A DNA stretch of 64,000 nucleotides, from the NCBI GenBank assembly GCA_965220745.1, contig CBDCQT010000013.1, forward strand, positions 352,001 through 416,000, written 5' to 3'. Origin of the DNA: Alphaproteobacteria bacterium (GTDB lineage: Bacteria; Pseudomonadota; Alphaproteobacteria; UBA828). Positions 1 through 9,099 of this stretch are shown piece by piece (within the stretch, counting starts at the first letter, position 1; each line of letters starts with the position of its first letter). The translations under genes and the position numbers were made by a program. The notes below the pieces were generated by a model. The model saw only the letters and a program-made list of their open reading frames with translations. It was not told the origin of the DNA and made no database searches.

Positions 1-472
1 CGTAGCGGCGGCCGCCCACCTCGGTATAGGCATCGTACAGCGCGCCTAGGAAGTCGGCGGGGTCGATGTCGGCCTCTTCCGCCGCGATGCGGTCGGTGAT
101 GTCGGCGAGCACGCCGTCCCGCACCAGCGCTTCCTTGTCGACGTACCAATACTGGAAGACGTCGATCTCGTTGGTGCCGGACATCACGTCGAGCGTCGAC
201 TGCGCCGTGATCTGGTCGTAGGGCACCTTCACCGCTTCGACATTGGCGCCGGTGAGCTCGGTGAAGCCCTCGGAGAGCGGCTTGATAGAGCCGGCATGCG
301 GGTTGATGATCATGAAGCGCAGGGTCTCGCCGGACCAGTCCGACGCCTGTGCGCGCCCTGCAAACGCGCCTGAGCCTGCAGCGGTCAGCGCAGCAGCGCC
401 TGCCGCCGTACCTTTAAGGAAAGACCGCCGCGAGAGCGGTGCTCTCGACCAGCTTGTTCTGTGGTCATCCAT
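1..472 (-). CDS. Sugar-type ABC transporter substrate-binding protein with Tat signal (3' end runs off the window)
   Basis: Not in the ORF track. Read manually from ATG 472, which has a GGAGG RBS upstream: MDDHRTSWSRAPLSRRSFLKGTAAGAAAL...GETLRFMIINPHAGSIKPLSEGFTELTGANVEAVKVPYDQI. Twin-arginine SRRSFLK motif and a typical family-1 SBP N-terminus. Confidence 0.8.
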   Translation of the reverse strand, partial: MDDHRTSWSRAPLSRRSFLKGTAAGAAALTAAGSGAFAGRAQASDWSGETLRFMIINPHAGSIKPLSEGFTELTGANVEAVKVPYDQITAQSTLDVMSGTNEIDVFQYWYVDKEALVRDGVLADITDRIAAEEADIDPADFLGALYDAYTEVGGRRY

Positions 473-711
473 CGATTGAATCCTCCTCGTGAGCCGTGTT
501 CGGTTGTGCTGCGATAACGCCTCGCCTTGCTTCCCAATAGGGGATGCACGCGCGCCCATCAACTCAAAACGGGATACAATGCGTTCTCGGAGGCGTCTGA
601 ACCGATGAGTTGGTCAGTCTGCCTTGACGTTTCCGCGAAAGTTTCGTGAATATCCGTTCCGGCCGCGCAGAAGAACGCGGCGCCAGCAGCCAGCGCCGAG
701 AGCGAAATTCG

Positions 712-2325
712 ATGGGCAAGGGAGACGGCGGCGAGGGAGCGGCCGCCGGGGATGGCGGTCCTGCACTTGAGGTCGAGCTGACGCTCGGCGGCGATCCCGC
801 CGCCCTCGATCGCGGTTGGCGCGCGGCGGTTCCCGCGGATGGCGGCGGAACCGCCCAGCGGCTGCGGAGCACCTATTTCGACACTGGCGACTTCCGCCTG
901 CGTCGGCGAGGCTTCACGCTGCGCATTCGTGAGGATGGGGAACGGCTGGTCCAGACCCTGAAGTCCGACGGGCCGTCGTCAGCCGCTGCCGTGCTTAAGC
1001 GCAACGAGTGGACTCGCATGGTCGAGAAGCCAGTGCCGAGCCTCCCCGTCGCGCCTGATCCAGCGGTGCGCAATGCGGTGGGGCCGCTCAAATCCGCCGA
1101 ACTGGCGCCGACGTTCTCCACCGACGTGATGCGCCGCACCGCCGTGGTCGAGGTTGCCGCGCCGGATCACAGCACCGCCCTTGTCGAGCTCGCGCTCGAC
1201 AGCGGAGAGATCAAGGCGCGTGACCGGCGCGACACCGTCTCCGAGCTGGAGCTGGAACTGATCAAGGGGCCGGCAAGCGCACTCTACGAGCTCGCCATAA
1301 CGCTGCAGGCCTCTGCGCCGCTCCGCATACAGACGGCGAGCAAAGCCAAGCGCGGCTACGTCCTTGCTGGCGGGGAGGGCTACGCCGGCTACAAGGCGCC
1401 GGCGCTCGCGCTTGCGCGGGGCATCTCCGTAAACGAGGCCCTGGGCAAGATTTTTCGCGTGTGTGCCAATCAGTGTGCGGCGAATCACGATGCAGTGCTG
1501 GACCGCAGTGATCCGGAAGGCGTGCACCAGTTTCGTGTCGCGTTGCGCCGGATGCGCTCGGCTCTCGTGGTCTTCAAGACGGTTCTTCCGCCAGAACACA
1601 CTGCCTGGCTGAACAGGGAAGCCAGCCGTCTCATCGACGTGCTCGGCCCGGCACGCGATTGGGACGTGTTCATCACCGAGACGCTTGCGACCGTCCGGGC
1701 CGCCCGGCCGGACGACGAGACACTGGAGCGCCTCGCCGAAGCGGCCGAGACGGAGCGTGCCCGTGCCTACGGGCAGGCAGAGGCGCTGCGCGCGCCCGAC
1801 TACACGGAATTCCTGCTTCGCTTCGGCCGGTGGATCGAGACGGCGGGTTGGCGGGACGGGGCGAACCCTGCCGTGATCGATCAGCCGCTCGCACGCCTTG
1901 GAGGGCGCTTGCTCGACAAGCGCCACAAGCGCGTGTTGAAGCGCGGGCGCGACTTCGAGCAACTGTCGGACGCCGACCTGCACCGGCTCAGGATCTCGCT
2001 CAAGAAGCTGCGCTATGCAGGTGAGTTCTTCGCGACCCAGTTCCCAGACGGCAAGCCACGTCCCTACATCAGGACGTTGCGTCGGCTGCAAGACGATCTC
2101 GGCCAGCTCAACGACGCATCGGTTGCGGAACGCTGTCTGAAAGTTCTCCTCGATGCCCAGCGCGAAAGCGACCATCTCGCCGCGCTCGGAGTGGGTGCCG
2201 GGCAGGTGATCGGATGGCACGCTCGCGCCCGTGAGGAGACCCGGAGCCAAATGACCGAAGATTGGCACGCTTTCGCTGCCACCGAGCCCTATTGGCGCAC
2301 CACCGCGGCGGAATCAGGCGGCTGA
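712..2325 (+). CDS. CYTH + CHAD domain protein (inorganic triphosphatase / polyphosphate-binding)
   Basis: N-terminal EVEL, YFDT..LRRRGFTLRIR and ELELEL motifs (CYTH); C-terminal HQFRVALRRMRS, LHRLRISLKKLRY and LQDDLGQLND (CHAD). Start 712 or 646. Confidence 0.88.
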   Translation: MGKGDGGEGAAAGDGGPALEVELTLGGDPAALDRGWRAAVPADGGGTAQRLRSTYFDTGDFRLRRRGFTLRIREDGERLVQTLKSDGPSSAAAVLKRNEWTRMVEKPVPSLPVAPDPAVRNAVGPLKSAELAPTFSTDVMRRTAVVEVAAPDHSTALVELALDSGEIKARDRRDTVSELELELIKGPASALYELAITLQASAPLRIQTASKAKRGYVLAGGEGYAGYKAPALALARGISVNEALGKIFRVCANQCAANHDAVLDRSDPEGVHQFRVALRRMRSALVVFKTVLPPEHTAWLNREASRLIDVLGPARDWDVFITETLATVRAARPDDETLERLAEAAETERARAYGQAEALRAPDYTEFLLRFGRWIETAGWRDGANPAVIDQPLARLGGRLLDKRHKRVLKRGRDFEQLSDADLHRLRISLKKLRYAGEFFATQFPDGKPRPYIRTLRRLQDDLGQLNDASVAERCLKVLLDAQRESDHLAALGVGAGQVIGWHARAREETRSQMTEDWHAFAATEPYWRTTAAESGG

Positions 2326-2467
2326 TCCTGTCGGAATCCGAAGCATCCGCGTCGCATCGAAGCCGATAGTCGCCAACTCCCCCATGATATGAGGAGGAGG
2401 GGAGGTGGTGCGGCCCGTCACTTCAGGGTACGCGCGCTGACTCTCGAGAAACCGAGAGAGTTCCGCC

Positions 2468-4954
2468 ATGCCCGAGATCATGAGGGACGACGGCGGCGTG
2501 GGCGCCGGCAAGCCGCTCCCGAGTCACGCCAGGGTCGTCGTCATCGGCGGCGGCGTGGTGGGTTGTTCGATCCTCTTCCACCTAGCCAAGTTCGGCTGGA
2601 AGGACGTGATCCTGCTGGAGCGGGAAGAGCTCACCGCCGGATCGTCCTGGCACGCGGCCGGGATGATCCATACGCTGTCGTCGGATCCCAACATCTCCCG
2701 CCTGCAGGGCTACACGATCAATCTCTACAAGGAGATCGAGGAGACCTCGGGCCAGTCCGTCGGTCTGCACAACACCGGCGGCTTCTACCTCGCCTCCACC
2801 AGGGATTGGTACGACTACCTGAAGCGCGAGCGCTCCAAGGCACGCTACATGGGGCTCGACCAGGAATTCATCTCGCCGAAGGAGGTCGCGGAGCGCCATC
2901 CCCTGATCGATCCGAAGCACTACTACGCGGCACTCTGGGACGAGCTCGACGGCGACGTCGACCCCTCCGGAGCGACCTACGCCTTCGCCAAGTCCGCGCG
3001 CGTCCACGGTGCGCAGTATTTCACGCGGACTCCGGTGGTGGAGACCAACCAACGGCCGGACGGCTCGTGGGACGTGGTCACGCCGCGCGGCACGGTAAAC
3101 GCCGAGCACATCGTGAACTGCGGCGGGCTCTGGGCGCGCGAGGTGGGCCAATTGGCGGGCGTCGCGCTCCCGGTCCAGCCGATGGAGCATCACTACCTCA
3201 TTACCGACACGATCCCCGTGATCGCGGAGAGGATGGGGGAAGGCGGCGCTGGCCACTTGCCGGGGGGTATCGACTACGAGGCCAACATCTATTTCCGGCA
3301 GGAGCGGCACGGCGTCCTGCTCGGCACATACGAGCCCAAGTCCACGCCGTGGAACGTCTCCGGCACGCCGCTCGACTTCGGCCAGGAGCTGCTGCCGCAT
3401 GACCTCGACCGCATCGCCGACCGGCTAGAAATGTCGTTCGAACGCATCCCGGCGCTCGGCGAGGCGGGGATCAAGGATGTCATCTGTGGACCCTTTACCT
3501 TCGGCCCCGACGGCAACCCCATGATCGGCCCGGTGCCGGGAGTACGGAACTACTGGGTCGCCGTGGGCGTCATGGCCGGCTTCTGCCAGGGCGGCGGGGT
3601 CGGTCGCAGCATGGCCGAGTGGATGATCGACGGCGAGCCTTCGATCGACGTGTGGGCGATGGATATCGCCCGCTTCGGCGAGTTCGCGACACCCGAGTGG
3701 GGCACGGTCAAGTCGGCGGAGAATTACGAGCGCCGCTTCGTGATGACCTTTCCCAACGAGACCCTGCCGAAGGGCCGCCGCCAAAAGACCACCGCGCTAC
3801 ACGACCGGCTGGTCGCCAAGGGCGCGGTGATGGACCAGGGTTTCGGGCTGGAGCACGCGCTCTGGTTCGCCGATGGGCCGGAGGATGCCCACGAAGACCC
3901 ATCCTTCCGTCGCTCCCGCGCCCACGATTACGTCGCGCTCGAAGTGAAGGCGGTTCGCGAGGCGGTGGGCTGCATCGAGATCGCCAACTATTCCAAGCAC
4001 GGCTTCGAAGGCCCCGGTGCCCGCGGCTTCCTGGATCGTGTGCTGGCCGGCCGCGTGCCTAGACCCGGCCGCATCGCGCTGACGCCAATGCTTACCGAGC
4101 AGGGCAAACTCTACGGCGATCTTACGGTCGCTTGCCTGGCGGAAGATCGCTTCATGTTGGTTGGCTCCGGCGTCATGCAGGAGGCGCATCGGCGTTGGTT
4201 CGAGCAACGCCTCGGCACCGGCGTCGAGTACCGGAACCTCTCGGACGCGTTGCACGGTATCGCGCTCTCGGGCCCGAACTCGCGCGATCTGCTCGCCCGC
4301 ATCACCCGCGACGATGTGTCAGCGGAAAGTTTCCGGTTCCGCGACATCCGCGAGAGTTTTGTCGGCGGCGTCCCGGCGATCGTGTCGCGGCTCAGCTTCT
4401 CGGGCGAGCTCGGCTACGAGATCTATGTCGCGCCGCAGTACCAGATCGCGTTGGCGGAGGCGATCGAGGAGGCCGGCGCCGATCTTGGGCTGCGCTGGTA
4501 CGGGGCGCGGACGCTGATGTCGCTTCGGTTGGAGAAGGCCTGGGGCGTCTGGACGCTCGACTATCGCCCCGACTTCACCGCGGCCGAGAGTGGGCTCGAC
4601 GCCTTCATCCAGTGGGACAAGGAGTTCGTCGGCAAGGCTGCGGCCGCGGCCGAGCGGCGCGCGGGGCCTGCTAGGCGCCTGGTGCCCTTGGTGATCGACT
4701 CCCCGTCAATCGACGGCGAACCCATCGACGTTTCCAACGACGAGGCAATTCTGCGAGACGGCACAGCGGTCGGATACGTAAGTTCCGGCGGCTACGCGCA
4801 CCATGTCGGGCAGTCTATGGCGATGGGTTATGTGCCGACGGAGATGGCGGCGACCGACGAACGCTTCGACGTCGAGATATTGGGAGAGATGTTCCCGGCG
4901 CGCGTTCAGACTACGCCGCTCTACGACCCCAACGGCGGGAGAATGCGGAGCTGA
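2468..4954 (+). CDS. GcvT-family FAD-dependent oxidoreductase (dimethylglycine/sarcosine dehydrogenase-like)
   Basis: GGGVVG FAD motif, LTAGSSWHAAG, FTFGPDGNPMIGP, and a C-terminal aminomethyltransferase domain (SFSGELGYEI, SLRLEK); 828 aa. Confidence 0.9.
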   Translation: MPEIMRDDGGVGAGKPLPSHARVVVIGGGVVGCSILFHLAKFGWKDVILLEREELTAGSSWHAAGMIHTLSSDPNISRLQGYTINLYKEIEETSGQSVGLHNTGGFYLASTRDWYDYLKRERSKARYMGLDQEFISPKEVAERHPLIDPKHYYAALWDELDGDVDPSGATYAFAKSARVHGAQYFTRTPVVETNQRPDGSWDVVTPRGTVNAEHIVNCGGLWAREVGQLAGVALPVQPMEHHYLITDTIPVIAERMGEGGAGHLPGGIDYEANIYFRQERHGVLLGTYEPKSTPWNVSGTPLDFGQELLPHDLDRIADRLEMSFERIPALGEAGIKDVICGPFTFGPDGNPMIGPVPGVRNYWVAVGVMAGFCQGGGVGRSMAEWMIDGEPSIDVWAMDIARFGEFATPEWGTVKSAENYERRFVMTFPNETLPKGRRQKTTALHDRLVAKGAVMDQGFGLEHALWFADGPEDAHEDPSFRRSRAHDYVALEVKAVREAVGCIEIANYSKHGFEGPGARGFLDRVLAGRVPRPGRIALTPMLTEQGKLYGDLTVACLAEDRFMLVGSGVMQEAHRRWFEQRLGTGVEYRNLSDALHGIALSGPNSRDLLARITRDDVSAESFRFRDIRESFVGGVPAIVSRLSFSGELGYEIYVAPQYQIALAEAIEEAGADLGLRWYGARTLMSLRLEKAWGVWTLDYRPDFTAAESGLDAFIQWDKEFVGKAAAAAERRAGPARRLVPLVIDSPSIDGEPIDVSNDEAILRDGTAVGYVSSGGYAHHVGQSMAMGYVPTEMAATDERFDVEILGEMFPARVQTTPLYDPNGGRMRS

Positions 4955-5164
4955 ATTGGCACCATGATCGTCGTCGACTACCGCTTACTGAGTTCCTGGT
5001 GCGACGACGCGCGCTTTCCCGACGGAGCCAAGGGCGACAGGGCATCAGCAATGGGCTAGGTTTGGTCGGCCAGTTCGTTTGGGGCGGGGAGAATGGGGCC
5101 GCGTATCTCTTTCCAAGAGCGGTGCAGCGGTGCCGGCATAGAGCGACACTCGGAGGAAAAGCGG

Positions 5165-6889
5165 ATGAAAGACAGAAAAGTTCTAAGCCGTGATCCACGG
5201 CGCTATACGCTGCCGTCGGAGCGCGCATTGGGCGCCGAGACGCATTCCTATATGCCCGAGCTTTGCGACCAGGTTCGGACGGGCAAGATCAGCCGGCGCG
5301 ACTTCCTGCGTCAGGCGGCGTTGCTCGGCATGGCGACCGGCACGGTCTATGCCATGGCCGACAAGCTGGCCGGAGGCGGTGACGTGATCGGCTCTGCGAT
5401 AGCCGACGAAATGCCAAAGGCGGGCGGCACGCTCAGGGTCTCCATGCGTGTGCAGGAGATGAGCGATCCTGCGTCCTTCGACTGGGGCGAGAAGGCGAAC
5501 GTCGCGCGCTTCATCGTCGAGTATCTGACCCGGACCAAGTCGGATAACGTCACGGTTCCCTACCTCGCCAAGAGTTGGGAGGCCTCCGACGACCTCAAGA
5601 CCTGGGTCTTCCATTTGAACGAGGGCATAACCTGGTCCAACGGCGACGCCTTCACCTCAGCTGACGTGGCCCACACGGTCAACCGCTGGCTCGACCCCGC
5701 GACCGGATCGTCCAACCTCGGGCTCTTCGGCGCCATGGTCGAGGAAGTCGACGGCGTCAAGCGGGGCATCCCCGGTGCGGTCGAGGTGATCGACGACCAC
5801 ACCATCCAATTCAACCTGAAACAGGCCGCTCTGGCCATGCCGGAGAACTTCTACAACTACCCGACCGCCATCGTGCATCGGGGCTTCGGTACGGACTACG
5901 AGGCAAATCTCTCGACGAATCCCATCGGCACTGGCCCGTTCGAGTTGGCCAACTTTGCAGTCGGCGAGGTGGCAATCCTGAAGAGGGCGCGAGACTGGTG
6001 GGCCGGGCCGTTCTACCTCGATGAAATCCACTACTTCGACCACGGCGAGGACACCAACGCCTGGGTCGCAGCGCTGGCGTCGCAGCAGGTAGACACGCTT
6101 TACCGATTGCCCAACAGCGCAATCGAGACGGTACAGGCTCTGCCATTCATGGAGATCCACAAGGCGACAACGGCGCAGACCGCGGTCATGCGCTTCCGCG
6201 TTACCGAGAAGCCCTTCGACAATCTCAAGCTCCGCCAGGCGGTGGCGGCCTGCATGGACCATCAAGAGATCCTGGACAAGGCGTTCAAGGGTTACGGCCA
6301 GATCGCCGAGAATCATCATGTTTGTCAGATCCATCCCGAGTATGCGGCGCTGCCGCCGCTCAAGCGGGATATAGAGAAGGCGAAGGCGCTCTTGGCCGAG
6401 GCCGGCTATGCCGATGGGATCACGCTCGAGATCGCCAACGGCGACACTGAGGGCCCCTGGCAGACGGACGCCTGTGCGATATTCAAGAACCAGGCTGCGC
6501 CGGCGGGCATCAATATCGAGATCAACAAGATGCCGGCCAGCCAGTACTGGGAGGTCTGGGACAAGGCTCCGTGGGGCTACACCGCCTGGACGCATCGTGC
6601 GCTAGGCACCATGGTGCTGGGGCTTGCCTACCGGGCCGGCGTGCCGTGGAACGAATGCGCCTACGACAACCCGGCGTTCGATGCAGCGCTCGACGATGCA
6701 GAGGGTACGCTCGACGTGAACGAGCGCAAGAAGAAGATGGCTGTCTGCCAGAAGATCCTGCAGGACGATGCGATCATCCCGCAGCCCTTCTGGCGCTCTG
6801 TGTTCAAGGCATCGAATAAGCGGGTGAAGGGTCTGATGACCCACCCCACGCTTTACCACCAGTTCCACGAGGTTTGGCTGGACGGTTGA
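5165..6889 (+). CDS. Dpp/Opp-family (family 5) ABC substrate-binding protein with Tat signal
   Basis: ISRRDFLRQAALLG Tat motif; PYLAKSWEASDDLKTWVFHLNEGITWSNGDAFTSADV; PIGTGPF; GGAGG RBS before ATG 5165. Confidence 0.9.
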   Translation: MKDRKVLSRDPRRYTLPSERALGAETHSYMPELCDQVRTGKISRRDFLRQAALLGMATGTVYAMADKLAGGGDVIGSAIADEMPKAGGTLRVSMRVQEMSDPASFDWGEKANVARFIVEYLTRTKSDNVTVPYLAKSWEASDDLKTWVFHLNEGITWSNGDAFTSADVAHTVNRWLDPATGSSNLGLFGAMVEEVDGVKRGIPGAVEVIDDHTIQFNLKQAALAMPENFYNYPTAIVHRGFGTDYEANLSTNPIGTGPFELANFAVGEVAILKRARDWWAGPFYLDEIHYFDHGEDTNAWVAALASQQVDTLYRLPNSAIETVQALPFMEIHKATTAQTAVMRFRVTEKPFDNLKLRQAVAACMDHQEILDKAFKGYGQIAENHHVCQIHPEYAALPPLKRDIEKAKALLAEAGYADGITLEIANGDTEGPWQTDACAIFKNQAAPAGINIEINKMPASQYWEVWDKAPWGYTAWTHRALGTMVLGLAYRAGVPWNECAYDNPAFDAALDDAEGTLDVNERKKKMAVCQKILQDDAIIPQPFWRSVFKASNKRVKGLMTHPTLYHQFHEVWLDG

Positions 6890-6896
6890 GCAGAGA

Positions 6897-6928
6897 GCGG
6901 CGCGGGAGGCACAAGTCTCCCGCGCCGC
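6897..6928 (+). terminator. GC-rich stem-loop after the SBP gene (terminator or mRNA-stabilising hairpin)
   Basis: gcggcgcgggag / ctcccgcgccgc 12-bp perfect stem, 8 nt after the stop codon; only a short T tract follows. Confidence 0.6.
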
Positions 6929-6968
6929 GATTTCCACTTGGGCAAGTGCCCTTGGTGCGGGGCGTCTA

Positions 6969-7239
6969 CTAGCCTGGATTTCTCACCAATGTCACAGCCT
7001 GCGTCGCGCCCAGACGTTCGATCCGCCAGGAGCGGGCCGAAAAGCGTATCAGGGAATACGGTTGAGGTTCGCGACGCCGCGGGCGAGCGCCGGGGCGCGA
7101 CCCGAAGGGCGGTGCTTTCAGGCCGACAGAGTGCGTCAAGCCGTTTGCCCGATGCCCCACATCGCGCTGCACGGCTTTCCTGCTCTGTCGGCCTGAAAGC
7201 ACCGCGCAGACCATGACATTGGTGAGAAAGCCGGGCTAG
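6969..7239 (+). mobile_element. MITE-like structured repeat, copy 1 (271 bp, CTAG at both ends, 26-bp TIRs)
   Basis: Left end ctagcctggatttctcaccaatgtca, right end tgacattggtgagaaagccgggctag; perfect internal 23-bp stem (7109-7131/7183-7205); second copy at 17699-17970. Confidence 0.85.
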
Positions 7240-7254
7240 ACACCGGCGTTCGGC

Positions 7255-8187
7255 ATGGTCCAGCTGATCATCCGGCGCATCGGCATGATGATCCTCATCA
7301 TGCTCGTGGTCGCTCTGTTGCTTTTCCTTATTAACGAGGGCGACCCCCGCCTCATCGCCCGCAGCGTTCTCGGCCCCTACGCGCAAGACCAGCAGCTCGA
7401 CACCTGGGTCATCGAGAACGGCTACGACCGTTCCGTCATTGTCCGCTATTTCGAATGGATCGGCCGAATATTCTCCGGCGATCTCGGAGACTCGGTCATC
7501 TACAAGAGGCCGGTCAGCGAGATCTTCTGGGACCGCCTGGGCAATACGGGCATCCTGGCGGGCGTCACCTTCGTCATCATGGTGCTGATCGCACTCACCC
7601 TCGGCGTGCTGGCGGGGATGAAGGAAGGCTCCCTGCAGGACCGGGCGATCTCGGTCTTCTCGATCATCACCACCTCGATCCCCGAATATGCGAGCGCCGT
7701 CTTCCTGGTCGGGATCTTCGTCTTCTGGCTCGGCTGGTTGCCCGGCACCTCGTCGATGACGTCCGGGTTCGACCCGGTTCAGATGATCCTGCCTGTACTT
7801 GTGCTGACCTTATATGGCTTCGGCTACATCGCGCGCATGACGCGCGCGTCGATGGCCGAGGTGATGACCACGCCTTACATACGAACGGCGGTGCTCAAGG
7901 GCCTGCCCTACCGGCACATCATCCTCAAGCACGCCTTGAGAAACGCGCTGATCGCGCCCTTCACCGTGATCATGCTGCAGATCAACTGGCTGCTGTCCGG
8001 CGTGGTCGTGACCGAGTTTGCCTTCGGCTACAAGGGGTTCGGCGCGCTGCTTCTGGAGGCGGCGCTCCGGCGCGACATCTTCGTCATCGAGGCCTGCGGC
8101 GTCGCGGCGGTCTTCGTCGCGGTCTTCACCCAGACCGTAGGCGATCTTGGCTACACCTATCTGAATCCGAGGATCAGGTTCAAGTGA
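7255..8187 (+). CDS. ABC transporter permease (DppB-like)
   Basis: GDLGDS and RMTRASMAEVMTTPYIRTAVLKGL...HALRNAL (EAA-like loop); hydrophobic. Confidence 0.9.
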   Translation: MVQLIIRRIGMMILIMLVVALLLFLINEGDPRLIARSVLGPYAQDQQLDTWVIENGYDRSVIVRYFEWIGRIFSGDLGDSVIYKRPVSEIFWDRLGNTGILAGVTFVIMVLIALTLGVLAGMKEGSLQDRAISVFSIITTSIPEYASAVFLVGIFVFWLGWLPGTSSMTSGFDPVQMILPVLVLTLYGFGYIARMTRASMAEVMTTPYIRTAVLKGLPYRHIILKHALRNALIAPFTVIMLQINWLLSGVVVTEFAFGYKGFGALLLEAALRRDIFVIEACGVAAVFVAVFTQTVGDLGYTYLNPRIRFK

Positions 8188-9089
8188 GCGACGTGCCTCG
8201 CACGAACGACGTCAGCACGCCGCTCGCCAGGCTCGGCGCGAGCTTCGCGGCGTCGCTCAGGCCTGTCTTTCTGCTAAGGGAGAGCCCGGTCGGCATGATC
8301 GGGGCCGGAATCGTCCTCGGTTTTGTGATTCTGGCGATATTCGCGGAATTCATCGCGCCCTTCGATCCCAATGCGACGATGGTGCCTTTCGCCTACCCCG
8401 GTGCGGAGGCGCCGGAAGGGGGCATCTTCCTGCTCGGCACCGACCATCTTGGGCGCGACATTCTGTCGAGGATCATCTTCGGCGGTCAGCGGGTGCTCTT
8501 CTACGCCACGGCGGCTACGGTCGCGGCCTATGTCGTGGGCATCCTCATGGGCCTCGCCGCGGGGTACTTCCGGGGCTATCTCGACGAAATTCTGTCGTTT
8601 GTTGCCAACGTCATCCTCTCCTTCCCCATCATGGTTCTCTACGTGCTGATCATCGCCAAGGTCGGCGCGTCCGGGATCAACATCATCTTCGCGGTCGTGT
8701 TCGCATCGTCGCCCGGCATCATGCGCATCGTGCGCGGCGTGACCATGGACATCGCGACGCGTGATTACATCGCCGCAGCCCAGACCCGGGGCGAAGGCCC
8801 CTGGTACATCATGCTGATGGAGATCCTGCCCAATGCGCGTGGGCCGCTGATTGTCGATTTTTGCCTGCGCATGGGCTACACGACAATCACCATCGGTGCG
8901 CTCGGATTCCTCGGCCTCGGTCTGCCGCCGCCGGACCCCGACTGGGGCGGCATGATTACCGAGACCCGCGCCTTCGTCTCCGGCGGCTTCCCGCACATGG
9001 CGATCTTGCCGGCCTGCGCCGTCTCCCTGCTGGTGCTCGGCTTTAATCTGCTGGCGGACGGCCTGCGCGAAGTGTCGCTCAAGGACTAG
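8184..9089 (+). CDS. ABC transporter permease (DppC-like)
   Basis: LLGTDHLGRDILSRIIFG, DYIAAAQTRGE, LGFLGLGLPPPDPDWG; GTG 8184 overlaps the upstream TGA. Confidence 0.9.
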   Translation: MSDVPRTNDVSTPLARLGASFAASLRPVFLLRESPVGMIGAGIVLGFVILAIFAEFIAPFDPNATMVPFAYPGAEAPEGGIFLLGTDHLGRDILSRIIFGGQRVLFYATAATVAAYVVGILMGLAAGYFRGYLDEILSFVANVILSFPIMVLYVLIIAKVGASGINIIFAVVFASSPGIMRIVRGVTMDIATRDYIAAAQTRGEGPWYIMLMEILPNARGPLIVDFCLRMGYTTITIGALGFLGLGLPPPDPDWGGMITETRAFVSGGFPHMAILPACAVSLLVLGFNLLADGLREVSLKD

Positions 9090-9099
9090 GAGAGGCAGA

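Noticed and set aside
979-2268. Long antisense ORFs (also 26213-27874, 36296-38116, 56209-58062 and others)
   Set aside because: Shadows of real genes caused by high-GC codon bias; no recognisable motifs.
4964-5059. Mini-ORF starting MIVVD, like a VapC/PIN N-terminus
   Set aside because: Five residues of similarity only; no further PIN motif or antitoxin gene.
7010-7080. tRNA suggested by the gttcgatcc T-loop-like motif in the repeat
   Set aside because: No cloverleaf, acceptor stem or CCA; the motif sits within a different hairpin.
6853-7386. ORFs overlapping the repeat copies (also 17610-17989)
   Set aside because: They differ in start, stop and frame between copies, and the substitutions follow base pairing rather than codon position.
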